A stretch of 63,963 nt of DNA, filler included, from Basidioascus undulatus (Eukaryota), in NCBI GenBank assembly GCA_000826855.1. It is 12 parts of 12 records of this genome, joined end to end, with 100 filler letters (N's around TTAATTAATTAA, not from the genome) between each part and the next. Parts side by side here need not be neighbours in the genome. Positions count along the whole stretch, not along the records: positions 24,633 to 28,146 come from JTLS01002390.1; positions 28,247 to 31,783 come from JTLS01002391.1; positions 31,884 to 35,417 come from JTLS01002392.1; positions 35,518 to 39,048 come from JTLS01002393.1; positions 39,149 to 42,677 come from JTLS01002394.1; 7 more parts are not named here. One strand, written 5' to 3'. Every line of letters begins with the position of its first letter. Position 1 is the stretch's first letter. A program made the translations under genes and the position numbers. The notes beneath the pieces were generated by a model that did not search any database, was not told where the DNA came from, and saw nothing but the letters and a program-made list of their open reading frames with translations. Positions 24,633-39,271 of the stretch are shown here, in pieces.

Positions 24633-25408
24633 CCTTAACACTTACTTTCCGAATTTTACACCCTCACAGACAGCCGCTACCACCATCAGGGTATTTTTAT
24701 TTATTCCAAACATAAAATTGTATAGAATCCGAAAGTTGCATGGTCTGAATCGCAATATTGGGTGAGTTAAATAGAAAAGAAGCGAAAAGGCTTAGCTAGA
24801 ATGCCTCAGCTAGAGTCATTAATGCTCAGCTAGGCTTCTAATTATGCTCAGCTAGACTGGCAGAAGAGGTCAGGCAAAATGTCCAATGGTTCTGGAAGAA
24901 TTATGTCATGCAACTAAGTTTCAACAGATCTGCAAAACAGGCAGTGCAAGGGGCTGGCTGGCATCATAACACTTCTGAGAGGGACGAGCAGGACTAGTGA
25001 AGGCTTGTGGTTCACTGTCTGTCAGGCTGGCTGCTGGCTGCAAGGGCTGTAAGGGCTCTGGGGGGCAGTGAAGGCTCTGAGGTGAACAGCCTCCTTGGCT
25101 GTCTGGGGCTGGCTGATTATGAACAGCTGTACAATGCTGGCGTACTTACTTTGAGCGATGCCCCAAACGGTTAAATGTGTGTGTCCAAACAAGCCATCTT
25201 GTGACAGAAGGTGCGCCTGTGGTTCAGCAGTTTGAAAGACAATGAAGATGGTGCATGACAACTCTGGAAGCCTGAGACTAGGAGTGGCGTGACGAGGGCA
25301 ATGTTTGTGTAGGACTGGGTATGAGGGCCCTAGAGCGGCTGCAGCAAAAGCTGCGACATACCACATCATGCCATGCAAAAAGGTACCACGGCTTGTAAGC
25401 TGACGATA

Positions 25409-25501
25409 CGACCAGAGCAGGATTTGAACCTACGCGGGCAGAGCCCAACAGATGTTAAAAAATATTCTAGTCTGTCGCCTTAACCACTCGGCCATCTGGT
25501 C
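25409..25501 (-). tRNA. tRNA-Ser(AGA) with 11-nt intron
   Basis: GACCAGA-TG-GCCGAGTGGTTAAGGC-G-ACAGA-CT[AGA]A-(TATTTTTTAAC)-A-TCTGT, long variable arm GGGCTCTGCCC, GTAGG-TTCAAAT-CCTGC, TCTGGTC-G. Oligo-T terminator about 28 nt downstream. Confidence 0.92.
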
Positions 25502-28146
25502 TCGTGTCACTTTCTGGATATGAAGGACAGGTACAAATATTATCATTTACTGCCCTGCAAATCCACGTGTTGGAAAGCAGTTATTTCCTCTGCCCATGAT
25601 AACTTTTTACGTTTAAGTTTATACTGCAGGTCTCTTGAGCTCAGGCGGCATGAAATGAGCTGAGCGTCCTCCCCTGAACGCCGGTGTCAGTCCTTTGCAC
25701 TGCTGCTTACGCCCTCTGTTCGATCCTTCCCACTGAATACATCTGAGCATACAGTACCCCAGTCGTTGTATATAGGGGCTCTGAAACATCTTATATCCTT
25801 CCCACGGCTAGGTTTGATCGCCCGCCGCGTGGCCGCGGGGTCGGCGCCTACTTGCATCCGGGCTCCCCACACCGCGCGCTTGCTGCAGTCGAGATATTGA
25901 ACTCTACGTACGAGTTCCAGATATAAAATGTGATGACCCCAATGTTAATTTCGTAAATCATGACCTCCGCCTGAACTCAAGGTGGTTATCCGAACGGAGG
26001 AGCGTAAAGGGTCCCGGGATGCTTCGGACCGCATCGGCGAGAGGATAAGTGCTACTGTGATTTGTGTAAGGTATGAGAATATATAAAACGATAATGTTCA
26101 GAAAGGTCATGATGCAGCATAAACCGCGGTCCAGTCAATAGAAAGTGAAGTTAAGTGCGGCGTCTAGTGCAGTGATCGCATTCGGCATGGGCTAGCGTGA
26201 TTCGCATGAGACCGCTTTGTACAACTGTCCCCGAGGCTAGGGAACGATCTAGCAGGTTTAACAGGAAGGGAATCAGAACGTCACATTCCTCGAATGACCT
26301 GTACGAGTCTCAAATGCGTTATTTCTCCTTGCTCCCCGCTTGCTCCCTTCCCACGTCCACGTCCAACAATCTTTCATCTACAATATCCCAGGCATCACCA
26401 GGTCCAAGAGGCACCGATTCCCGACCTGCATACAGCCTCTGGGTTTCCTCGGCATAGCGACCACCGACCCCCCGCTCCCAAACGACACGAATTTAGACGG
26501 CGGTCGTCGTCCTCTGCGCGCTCAATGCTCACGTTCAGGACATTTTGAGGTCCAGAAGGCTGAGGATCATACGCTGGAGGATTGCGGTGGTCGATCCTGG
26601 TGGCGCGAGGGTGGAACGAACTTGCTTTCTGCAGCGGATGCTGGCTAGTAATGTTCAGGCGGATCCAGGAGTCACTGTCGAAGGCGAGGGCACCCCGTGC
26701 GTCTGCACGTCCTGGTAAGAGTTTTAGAGACATTTTCTAACCATGCTGGTAATCGAAAAGCGCTGTCACTATCACCTGGGACCCCGGCATCACCGCCCCT
26801 CTTTTCCTGCAGAAGAAGTTCACCCTCGTCCTCCACGTCCCCAGCAACACTCCCCTGCCCACGCCCACCATGCACGTCTCTGCCCCCCTCGCCCGTCCCA
26901 CCCCCTCAGTCTCTATAACCGTCGACCGAACCGATATCGTCTCTTCCCGCATCATCGGCGGGGACACGCTGCGAAGGATTCTCAACACACCCAGTTCCCG
27001 GAGAATAAGTTGGAAGGCGGAGATATCACAGACTTTTAATGTGGCAGAAACCTGGAGAGGTTTAGGGACATCAATAATTGGGGAGCGCCTTGAGGGGCGG
27101 AGATGAGAGATGGGTTGAATGCAGCTCAGAAAGGTGAGGATGGGAACATGGATTGAAAAGAGTCGAGTGTCGGCTCGGCTGAAAAAGGCGAAGCAAGGTT
27201 CGGCTGTTGGAATACTAAGAAACCAGGATAAAAACACCTGAGTATTTTTACGATTGTGTATACGCACCATCGCTCGCGGGTGGAGGGTATGGATTGCTGC
27301 TGCTTACAGCGGCGGCTGCCGCACTGCAAACGGCGGAGATTTGGGCTTGAATTCCATTTCTTCTTCTATGGCTACCCAGTGTGAAGCGGGCGGTTCAGTC
27401 TGCTGATTCTGAAAGAAGGCTTCGAAAGCGAGTGTTGGTTCAGCCCTGGGATCTTTTACGGATCATATCTTTATGTATCCTAGGGGTACTGCTTAAAACT
27501 ACTGGCATCCATGTCCGAAGCAAGCGCTCCGCTTGGCTGCGCTGCAGTCCGGATGTCATCGGACGGAACATCTCCAAAACAACTTCAGTCACTACTGTCA
27601 AATCAGCCTCACGCGATGTTCCCCCTTGGGAATGGGAATAAATTATTTCGATGTAGGAAGGTAAAGGTCGTTCTGGTGAATGTCGGTGCCTCGGACCAAA
27701 GCCAATGCAAAAACGTCAAACACGCCCTGGAACGCGACTTGAATCGCGTGTCAGCGTCCGGAGCTCAGCGCCCAAGCTCGTTCGCTCGTTCAACTCCTGC
27801 CCTCACTCGTCCGCTCGCTCTGTTCTTCTCCTAACCCTACAGCTTTATAGACGCCTGGCAAGGCGCCCGAATACATCTCGGTCCCAAGCTCGGCTTTCAT
27901 ATCTTTCGAGCGAGCGGAGGCATAGGCTGTTGATCAAGTCCCTCTTGACCTGGCTCGCACGACCTGCCTGCTTCGCTTGTGGCTGGTCCAAATTGGGTGC
28001 GTGTACACTCTAGCGGGCACCCATCTCATCCTCACCTCGTGCTCATTAACAACCATTTTGCCTATGTCCGTCTCCAGGCCCCGGGCCTCCCCCGATGGCC
28101 TCCTCCGAGCTTCTCATCGACCCCACCGCCCCCCTCCCCTCTATAC

Positions 28147-28246
28147 NNNNNNNNNNNNNNNNNNNNNNNNNNNNNNNNNNNNNNNNNNNNTTAATTAATT
28201 AANNNNNNNNNNNNNNNNNNNNNNNNNNNNNNNNNNNNNNNNNNNN
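28147..28246. other. Artificial contig linker
   Basis: N44-TTAATTAATTAA-N44. Confidence 0.99.
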
Positions 28247-28270
28247 GTGAGGTAAAAGGAGGGAACGCAC

Positions 28271-28612
28271 GTCGGCCCGCCAGCTCCTCCCTCACGTCCT
28301 CGCCCGCCTGCGCATGTCCAATCAACCTAAGCGCAACGCTGAACCCCTGCTGGTCCAAGAATCCGTTGTTGTTGGAGTCGGCGATCTGCCAGATCTCGCC
28401 GAGCTTGACGGGGGGCAGGCGGGAGCCGGCAAAGAAGGAGACGGCCGCATCGCCGGTGACGATGCCCGCGCCCTTCTCGGCGAGGGCGTAATAGTGCGCG
28501 TAGATCTGGCGCTCGGAGGGGGCGAGGGTGAGGGGGGCTGTGTGGGGGAAGGGACGGGAGAGGGTGAGTGGAGCTGAGGGGGATGGGGAGGGGAGGACGG
28601 ACGGGTCGACAT
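28271..28612 (-). CDS. EH-domain endocytic protein (Ede1/Eps15-like), 5' fragment
   Basis: ERQIYAHYYALA..GIVTGDAAVSFFAGSRLPPVKLGEIWQIADSNNNGFLDQQGFSVALRLIGHAQ. Cut by contig end. Confidence 0.85.
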
Positions 28613-29033
28613 GGTGCTGTGGGGGAGCATAGAAGACGGTCAGACATGAAGTAGATTCCTGATAATTTGAGCATGAACATACCCGAGCTATCACGCAGTT
28701 CTCGCTCGATCAAAAGCCACAGCGAGAGCGAGATGAGAGACTGCGGGGCGAGGGGGACCGGTGCGAGATGGATGTCTGCTCAACCCTCTCCATCAGCTCA
28801 ACCCTTCTCTTCCACAAGATCACCCTCATCGACGCACCACAAAACACGTAGAATGCAAAGACGAATGAAAGTGAGCGGTGATAGCGAAGAGGACGCTGTG
28901 GATGAGGAGCGAGTGCGTGCTATGCCGCTGCGCCGTCATCGTTCCTCCGCTCCATCCGCGGACCCGTCCGACCCTGTCCCCACAAACACCTGCAACGCGT
29001 CCTGCACGCGTCTTCCCCATCATCCCCAGCACT

Positions 29034-29461
29034 ATGCCGCCGTCGTACCCCCGCACAGCGCTCAAGAGGGCGCTGAAGGCGTACCTGCCAGACACGAAGA
29101 AGCTGGGCAAGCATGTGGACGCTGTGGTGTGTCTTCCGCCCCATCCCTGTTCCCCTTCGCGTTCGCTCTGATGGTGGGATGCAATTGGAACTGGTCATAG
29201 GTGTACCTCGCCCTTCTCGCCTTCGCACAGAGCTCTGCGCGCGAGACGCGCATCGTCGCGCAGGAGACGAGTGGGGTCGGGTTGAGGCGGATGGATCGGC
29301 GGGTGGTGAGGCGAGCGGGCAGGGTGCGTCTTGGATTCCATCGTTTTGCTTTCTGATGTTGCTTTAGCTGACGCGGCAATTGGGCATGGGATGGGGATTT
29401 ACAGCGGGTGCTCAGACGGCAGAAGAAGGTTTGGACGGGGACAGCGCAGACTTTGCAATGA
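29034..29461 (+). CDS. Small histone-fold protein, CENP-W/Wip1-like, 3 exons
   Basis: MPPSYPRTALKRALKAYLPDTKKLGKHVDAV|VYLALLAFAQSSARETRI...RVVRRAGR|RVLRRQK. Confidence 0.65.
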
Positions 29462-29889
29462 GGGGTTGTTGGGGGCTGGCGAGCACCCTGTTGTTGTACG
29501 ATTGTACGATTACACGACCAGCTTTCGACAGCTTGCGAGCACATTGGGATGGCCTGCATTGTCTCCCAGGCCATCTTTTATTGACTATGGCGCCCAACAA
29601 CTCCGCACATCACTTCAACCATGCGCGGAAACACCCCATCTTCTCTCCGACAAAGTCGACCCTGCTTCGACGGTCTGAGTAGCGTGTACCGCCGCCCACC
29701 TCTGGCTCCTCGACGCATATAACTCATCCTTCTGGGGCTTTCTCGGAAGCTCCTGCTTACATTAAAGCGTTGGCACAATAAGACGAGACTGTAGTGTCGA
29801 CGATGGCAAGGGTAAACGGTTTGATGTGGATTTAGTACCCGTGTGTGTGTTGTACGTGTTAGGTCGGACACTGAACAAACCGAGCGCCA

Positions 29890-30180
29890 ACAAATGTGCA
29901 ACCACAAGAAGTGCACCCCTCCTCAACTCATCATGAGATTCCAGGGGCTGCTCGCACGCCCGCGCTATCAGAGCGCCGCGAACGCAGGCAACAAGCACTG
30001 CGACTACCTCGCGCGGACATGGCTCAGTCCCGCGCTCTTTGCGAGCTTTCCGGACGTCGGCCATGCGGACGCGGCCCAAAAGCTCGGGGTCCCGCTCGAG
30101 AAGATGGTCACGACGTCGGACCACCTCGAGGCGTTGAACGGCGCTCTCAAACACAAATCCTCCGGCGCTGGTAGCCCCTT
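29890..30180 (+). mobile_element. Probable DDE (MULE-like) transposase fragment
   Basis: YLARTWLSPALF..F.D.G....AQKLGVP...VTTSDHLEALNGALKHK resembles the YL..W...TTNHLESFN..LK segment of basidiomycete MULE-like transposases. Isolated fragment. Confidence 0.4.
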
Positions 30181-31783
30181 TCTAGCGCGCATAGGCAACT
30201 GCCTTTTGAAAAAGACACACCGTCAGGGAAAGCTGAACAAGTTATCAACATAGACGTAACAGATGAATTGGCGCAACTGGACCGAGCATCTCTGAAAGTC
30301 CCATTCGTCCTTCATTTGGCACGTCGTCTTCCCAGCTGCGCTTTCGTTGCCACCTCCCTCAGTTCCGTTGGTCGTGCTGATGGATTCAGGCGTGCGCGAA
30401 CCAGAGTTGAAATTCTGGACAATCTAAGGAAGGGGTGTCATCGGAGAAGGAAGGGAGCGAGGAGGGGGAATGAATACGAAGCTTTCAGTGTTTGCAAGGA
30501 ATAAAATAGGGTGGGTTCCGATAGCACATTTCCTGAGGCAATACCACTGTTTTCATAAAAGAAATCCAGCAACAACCCCGCAGACAGCAGCAGTTGCACA
30601 CACGCCTCAGTAATCCACCTTTCAGGCCAGCCACTGCAGTCAATGTCCAAAGTTGTCTGTTGCAAGGTGATGAATATTGTCAATCGGTCAAGTTTCCAAG
30701 TTCCTATTCCGTGCCCCAGCCCGAGATCCACACAAGAGGTGCTCCTTCCCGCCTCAACTCCACCATGGCATGCAAGCTAGATGCACACATCAACGTCCAG
30801 GATATTTGAGAAGGAGCAAGTTAAACCAATAATGTACTGTGACATTCCATCGTCGGAGTATGCGAGGTTCGGATCGGTCTAGCGGGGCGTCCTCCCAATC
30901 TGGATCCTCTGCAGAGGGCAGAAGTGTCAGTCTGGTATAAAATCAGCAAAATTTCCACAGGAAACCGCATGTCAAATATACTCACATCTTATATACCGCC
31001 AGACCCATGTCAGATAAGGTGACCCACAGTCCGTTCCCAGTAATGCCTCTCCCTGATCCCGGACTCAATGCGCAGCGTAACTTGCTGCACAAGAGACGTA
31101 GCAAACATGGTGGAAAGTGGGAGATGATTGAGTAGAATGGGATGGGGTATGGTGTCGCTATCTGTATTCGGTACTGTTGCCTGTGTCGTAGTCTGCGTCG
31201 TTGTCGAAAATATGAATTTGGGGAGAGCAAGAGGGAGTCAAGAGGGAAATGCAGAGTTGGCCAATGTTGGAGCTGTTGTCGGGAGGTTTGGGGTGCATGG
31301 CAGAAAGGAGGGGATGCAGTTCAAGCTTGGTTCCCTCCTACTGCACCCGCACCGAGTGAAGGAGTGCTGGCGGACCCTGCATATTACACACTTAGTGCAG
31401 CAGGTATTTGAGACCCCAACACAGTGAATTCCAAAACAAGAAACACACCCTCAGCCCTTCAGTCCCTACACAGGTAACATCCGGACATCCCTCCACAACC
31501 CTCCTCAATCCTCCTCCGTGGCCAGCTTGGAACGAGCGAGTGGTGCGACTGCACGACGGAAGGCAAAGTCGTCCTGACTGAACTCCCGATGGTCATCATC
31601 TCTCCTTACCCTCTGATCGCAAGAAATGACGAGAAACCGAAGTCACAGCCACGCAGCGTTCCTTTCGGTCAGCGCGCCAGTTCATATCTAACGCGTCCCG
31701 AACGCGCTCGGCCAGCACTCTCCTCCTTCATCCCACCTCCCCCTAACTAGGAGAAGAACTCTCCCTCCCCAGCGCCCTGCCCC

Positions 31784-31883
31784 NNNNNNNNNNNNNNNNN
31801 NNNNNNNNNNNNNNNNNNNNNNNNNNNTTAATTAATTAANNNNNNNNNNNNNNNNNNNNNNNNNNNNNNNNNNNNNNNNNNNN
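31784..31883. other. Artificial contig linker
   Basis: N44-TTAATTAATTAA-N44. Confidence 0.99.
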
Positions 31884-31931
31884 AGGAAGCGGTGTGGGCA
31901 GGAGGGAGGAGGGGCAGGAGAAGGATGGGGT

Positions 31932-34151
<2,220 letters not shown>

Positions 34152-35347
34152 GCAGGTGTGCTTCTTGAATCAAATGCCCTCTTCTGCAACACGCGCTAAT
34201 AATATCCACCTGAATTTGTATTTGCCTGGGGCGACAACTCTCCCAGAAGAACGGCGGCGGCGGCGGTGCGGATGGTGGTGGTCGTGGGCAAGATGCAGAC
34301 CACGAGGAGGAGGCGCGTCGACGGGGTGTTAACAACAACTGATGATCGTCCGACCGAGGCTAGCCCAGGAGCAGAAGGCGAGGAGGCGTTCGCGTTCTCC
34401 TGGCCTGACTGGCCTCAGGCTTGCTCGACACATTCTTCAGGCTGAACTGCCTCCTCTCACCCCTCTGTTTCCTATGACAGACTTGCAAAAGATGGTACAT
34501 GTACTTTTTTCATGTACTTACACGAGTCGAGACTGGGAGGAGTTGCCGGATCAGGCGAGTGTGGAATGAAATGGCTCAATCAGGCGAAAGAGGGTGCAAT
34601 TAAACTTGTCAATGCGTGGAATGCAACTATCAGTTGGGGGCTACAGGTGCGCGTCGCATGCGGAATTTGCAGCTGGGCCGTCTCTCTCGCTTTTCATTCG
34701 GCTCGTTGACAAGACAGGGAAAAGAAGTTTTTGAGTGTGTACTGGTAAAAGACTCTTCCATGGCATAGCCAGCAAAGAAGCCCATCGCTTGGGGTGTTGG
34801 GACAGCGTGATGGGTCACAGGGGGGAGTGGATCTACCGTCTCCTCTGACCTTACCATCTTACTCTCTCTTGTCCGCTTGTAGCTACAAAGACATACTTTG
34901 GATTCTGCTGAACAGAGTTCTTGTCTCCTATTCTCATACCATACTGTTAGACATTTCTGAGTTTATCATCTTCAATCTGGCACACCTAGCCATGTAACGC
35001 AGAGCTTGGCTTTCAGATAGTCCAGGACTGGCTCCCCTACTGTTTCAAGATGTTGTCATCACAAATTTTGGCAGTAAAACCGCTCTGATGTTCCTGGTTC
35101 CTCATCAGAGGAATCCCCATCACTCTGCACCTTGTACAAAGAACCCCTTGATGCCTTTATGTAGTCCACATCTGGCCTCAGGAAAGGAGGAATTGTGTTC
35201 CAGTGCAACTCTTTGCTTAATTTGAGCCAGATTAAAAAGGATTTATTCCTAATGTCTTTGGAAAAGTATCTCATTTTTGAGCACCAGCTGTGCATATGTG
35301 ATAATGCAAGTGAACTATCCACAACACAGCTGCCCACCTGTCGACAG

Positions 35348-35417
35348 TGTCATGAACGTCTTAACAAATATTCAATTCTCGACAACTGTCAAACCTTGCC
35401 ACCTCATTTTACGCTCT
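35348..35417 (+). mobile_element. Terminus of a repeated element, LTR-like (begins TGTCA); cut by contig end
   Basis: 70 bp identical to the reverse complement of 42788-42857; identity stops exactly at TGTCA/TGACA. Confidence 0.7.
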
Positions 35418-35517
35418 NNNNNNNNNNNNNNNNNNNNNNNNNNNNNNNNNNNNNNNNNNNNTTAATTAATTAANNNNNNNNNNNNNNNNNNNNNNNNNNN
35501 NNNNNNNNNNNNNNNNN
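35418..35517. other. Artificial contig linker
   Basis: N44-TTAATTAATTAA-N44. Confidence 0.99.
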
Positions 35518-37927
35518 CCGAAGTCCAGTACCAGCGCCGTAACGAGAGTGGTGAGCTTGAGGTTCAGGAGCCTGCTTCACCCTCTCCTGCACACTAGGGC
35601 GGCTCTTCACGTCCACGGGGCGGTCCGACGCGGTCGTCCTTGGCGGGCGCTGCGGAGGGGGCGGGAGGGGCTTTGACCCCTCGCGCTCGGGCTCGGGCGC
35701 GCGGTTGGAGGACCGCTTCGCTTGCTCGTAGATTGAGAGGGCGCGGGGGAGGTGTTTTTTGATGTGCTGTTGGGAGCGCGAGGGAGTGAACAATGAGTTT
35801 CATCGAAGGGTTGAGGGAAGAGAGGGATGGAGAAGGGAGGGAGGGAGGGAGAAGGAAGGGAGGGGAGAGGAGGTGGCGGAAGAGGGATGAGGAGGAAAGG
35901 GAGGAAAGGACGCACCCGAATCCGCTCGCTCCCCGGTGGGTGAGTCCGCAAGAACGCGAAACGCTCTTCGAGGGACGTGAACAGCCCCTCGCTCGCCGCG
36001 TCCGCTTCGACCGCTTGCATCAGCGACCACAGGTCTAGCGCGCCACGGGGGTCGTAGCCGGCCCTGTCGCGCGTGGGAGTGTTAGCGGAAGGTACTGAGG
36101 ACATTGAGGGGGAAGACAAAAAGGAAGAGGGAGAGGAAGAGGGAGGGAAGAGGGGGAGGGGGGAGGAAGACGGACCGAGCCATGAACTCCAGCCCGACGA
36201 TGTCTGCCTCCTTCTCGAGCTTGCGCGAGTAGGCTCGCTCAGAGACCGTGTCGTTTATCCAGTTGATGATCTGTCGCTCCCCTCATTCCAGTCAGAATAC
36301 CAAGTGCGCCACGAAGTAGGGAGCGGCGGACCATGCTCAGGCCGTCGGTGAGGATTGGGAAGGGGCTGCGTAGGGTGCAGAGTGAGCGGAAAGATGGGAA
36401 GGGGTTGAAAAGGGAAGGGCGCACATGGTGAGAGCGAAGGTCACCCCCCGCAGGACGTCGAAGAAGACGCCGGCAAGGTTGAGAAACTGTCAACGAGCCA
36501 GTCTTGAGTGGTCTGAGGAAAAATCGCCGGGGCGCAGAAGAGCGGGAAAACTTACGCCGAGCTGCATTTCCCGTGAAGACGGATCAGTGTGATAGACAGG
36601 GGGGAAGAGGAGGGGGAGAGGGGAGAGGAGTGGGACGCACGTTCTCCACCGCATGCCGCTGCGTGACGTGGGCGATCTCGTGCGAGAGCACGGCGGCGAG
36701 GAGGTCGTCGTCGCGGACGAGGTCGATCAGACCTGTATAGACGAAGATCTCCTTGCTGGGTAGGGCGAGGGCGTTGATTCGTGGCTGTCATTCCCACATT
36801 AGTCTGATATTCACCATCTCTGTACACGAAAGGGATCGGGGAGCACGGAGGACAGCAATTGGGAAGGAGGAAAAGAGAAGACGACGCACCAAATCAACCA
36901 CATAAATCCCCCACACCGTCCTTTCAATCCGCTTCGCCGGGTTCCCGCTCTCAGGGAGGAATGGCACAGCCGCTTCCCAAGTGGACGACTTTGCGGACGG
37001 GTCCGGGATGCCGAGGCGGGAGCGCGAGATGCGCGAGCCATAGGAGAGCGGCTCGCGCGGCCACGGCGCGGAGGAGACGATGCTGTCAGCTGAGTCGAGG
37101 GTGGCTGCTCCAAGTTGAGGGAGGTGAGAAGGGAGGGAGAGCGGAGGGGGAATGTGGGGAAGAGGGGGAGGGAGAGGGAAGGAGACGGACAGACAAGCCG
37201 GTCTACGATCCGCTTTACTTGCTCTACTCGCGGGTCGGGCGGGCGAAGGAGCATGGAGCCTTCTTCTTGGAGGATTTGCTCGACTCTGGTGCGCGAGAAA
37301 TTTCAGAAATTTCACTGGGATGAAGAGGGGAGGGAAAGTAGAAGACCCACCTCCGCTCGGCCCACTCGAGCTCCTCCGCCTCGCTCATGAGCAGCAATCG
37401 CCATCTCCCCGTGCGCGGGCACTGGTCGAGGCCTATCGCGAGGACGATGCAGACTGCGAATATCTGTTCCACCCTTTGTAAGTGAAAAGAAAGAGGAGAT
37501 GTGTGGGAGGTGGGTAGGGAGTGGCACACAGGAATCTGGATGAGGAGCATCGTGGTGCGGCGGTAGTGGTGCCATAGCCTGCGGGGAGAGGGTTGGAGCG
37601 TTGGAGGGTTGGAAGATGGATGGGAGAGAGGAAGACACACTTGTATCGCCATGCGAAGGGCAGGATGAGCAGGCTCACGCGCGCGATGCCTAGCAGGGCC
37701 TGCTTGAATGCGGGCACGGAGAGGACAAAGACGTCTGCGCGGGGTGGGGTGGCATGGAAGAGTCGTCGAGGGAGTGAGGGCGGGCGGGGAAAGAGAAAGA
37801 GGGAATATGTGGGGCGTTTTGATGAGCTGAAGAAGCGGGTGGTGGGCCGAAGAGGAATGGAGGAGGAGGAGGAGTGGCGTGGGAAGGAGAGCAAGAGCGC
37901 AGAGGGCGGGCGGATTCTGCGCGGCAT
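35518..37927 (-). CDS. OMA1: Mitochondrial M48 metallopeptidase Oma1-like, multi-exon, 3' end cut
   Basis: Presequence-like N-terminus, PRTGRWRLLLMS, INALALPSKEIFVYTGL, LAAVLSHEIAHVTQRH (HEXXH), YSRKLEKEADIVGL, AGYDPRGA, THP. Confidence 0.85.
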
Positions 37928-38940
37928 CTGCGCCGGTCGTCGGGAAGGTTGAGCTCGCTATTTGGAGGTTCGTTGTCGCTATCGCAGCGTTGTGTGGGCT
38001 TATGTGGATAGAGGGAGGAGCACGAAGGGGAGGAAGAGCACGGAGAGCCTATCGTCCTGGATGACCTCAGTTCGTAGGAGGGACTGTTCACGTGAGGGCT
38101 CGCGTATCAGGGCAGTGGGCAGCGTGTTCCAGGTCCGGTGTTCCTGCACGCGAGGGAAGGGAATAAAATCAATCTATCTCATGCATGTTGAAGTGTAGAA
38201 AGACAGACGGGGAAATGGTGCATGTGGAATGCGACAAGCAAGTACACACGACTCTGAATGGGACCGGACAGTTTTGCAGAAAGGTGCCGCGGAGAGTTGG
38301 TTCATCTCTACTCTCACACTGCTCTCTTCTAACTAATGTTGTACTTTTTTCTTTGTATCTTCAACGGTGAAGTCTGCCGACGCTACAGTCAACGCCGCTC
38401 GACTGGTGCAACCGTCCCTGACAGGCGGGCGTGTTTCAGTCTGCAGTTGCCGCGCTCTCTTCCGCCCACCGCTCCGTTCACCGCTCCGCTCACCGCTCTC
38501 TGCCAGGCTGCACTCTCACCTCGTCCCTCCTTTCTCTCCTCCTTGCTTTCCTTCGGCACTCCAGCACGCACCCGACCCACTACCCGCGGCGCCCTCGAGA
38601 CCCCCGCCGACCTTCGACGCCGCTGAGCCGGTGAGTTGATCTTTGACGCGTGGGTGTGGGTACGGACAAGAAAAGGGGCTCGTCTCACCTCGCGAAGGGG
38701 CACAGAAGGGCACAGGCACGCAGTCTTGCTCACCGCAATCTTGCCTTCTCTCCCCAGGCTTATTGTACTTTTTCGACCCGACATTTCACTCTACGACTCT
38801 CCTTAACTCCCTCATCCTCCCCTCCCCCGCCGCGGAGGCGCACCCTGGATCGCCCCTGTGCCTCTCGCTCGCGAGGCTCTGATCACACAAACCCCTCAAC
38901 TCCGCCCTCTCACCCCTTCCCTTCCGCCTCCCGCCCCACC

Positions 38941-39048
38941 ATGCGCCGACCCAGACATCGGCAACGGCGTCGAGCACGCGCAGATGCGCTGTCCGCCCTC
39001 GTCGCGCTCGCCCTGCTTGCGGGCCCCTCACCCGCCTCCGCCCAGTCC
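38941..39048 (+). CDS. 5' fragment of a putative secreted or membrane protein
   Basis: MRRPRHRQRRRARADALSALVALALLAGPSPASAQS is signal-peptide-like. Cut by contig end. Confidence 0.4.
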
Positions 39049-39148
39049 NNNNNNNNNNNNNNNNNNNNNNNNNNNNNNNNNNNNNNNNNNNNTTAATTAA
39101 TTAANNNNNNNNNNNNNNNNNNNNNNNNNNNNNNNNNNNNNNNNNNNN
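39049..39148. other. Artificial contig linker
   Basis: N44-TTAATTAATTAA-N44. Confidence 0.99.
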
Positions 39149-39271
39149 TCCCCGCTCTATCCCGCTAGCTGATATACCGGTCAATCAATCAAATCCCCAC
39201 TCTCTACGCTCATTACCCACCCCCCAATCTATTCCAGTTTTGTCATACTCAACCTCTCACGGCAACCTACA

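Noticed and set aside
25409..25501. Possible suppressor or Leu tRNA reading (CTA/TAG near the anticodon loop) that might explain the in-frame TAG stops
   Set aside because: The stem register ACAGA/TCTGT puts AGA at positions 34-36 with the intron after position 37, so this is an ordinary tRNA-Ser.
26197..27110. Possible small gene next to the tRNA gene
   Set aside because: Short frames without recognisable domains or a coherent splice model.
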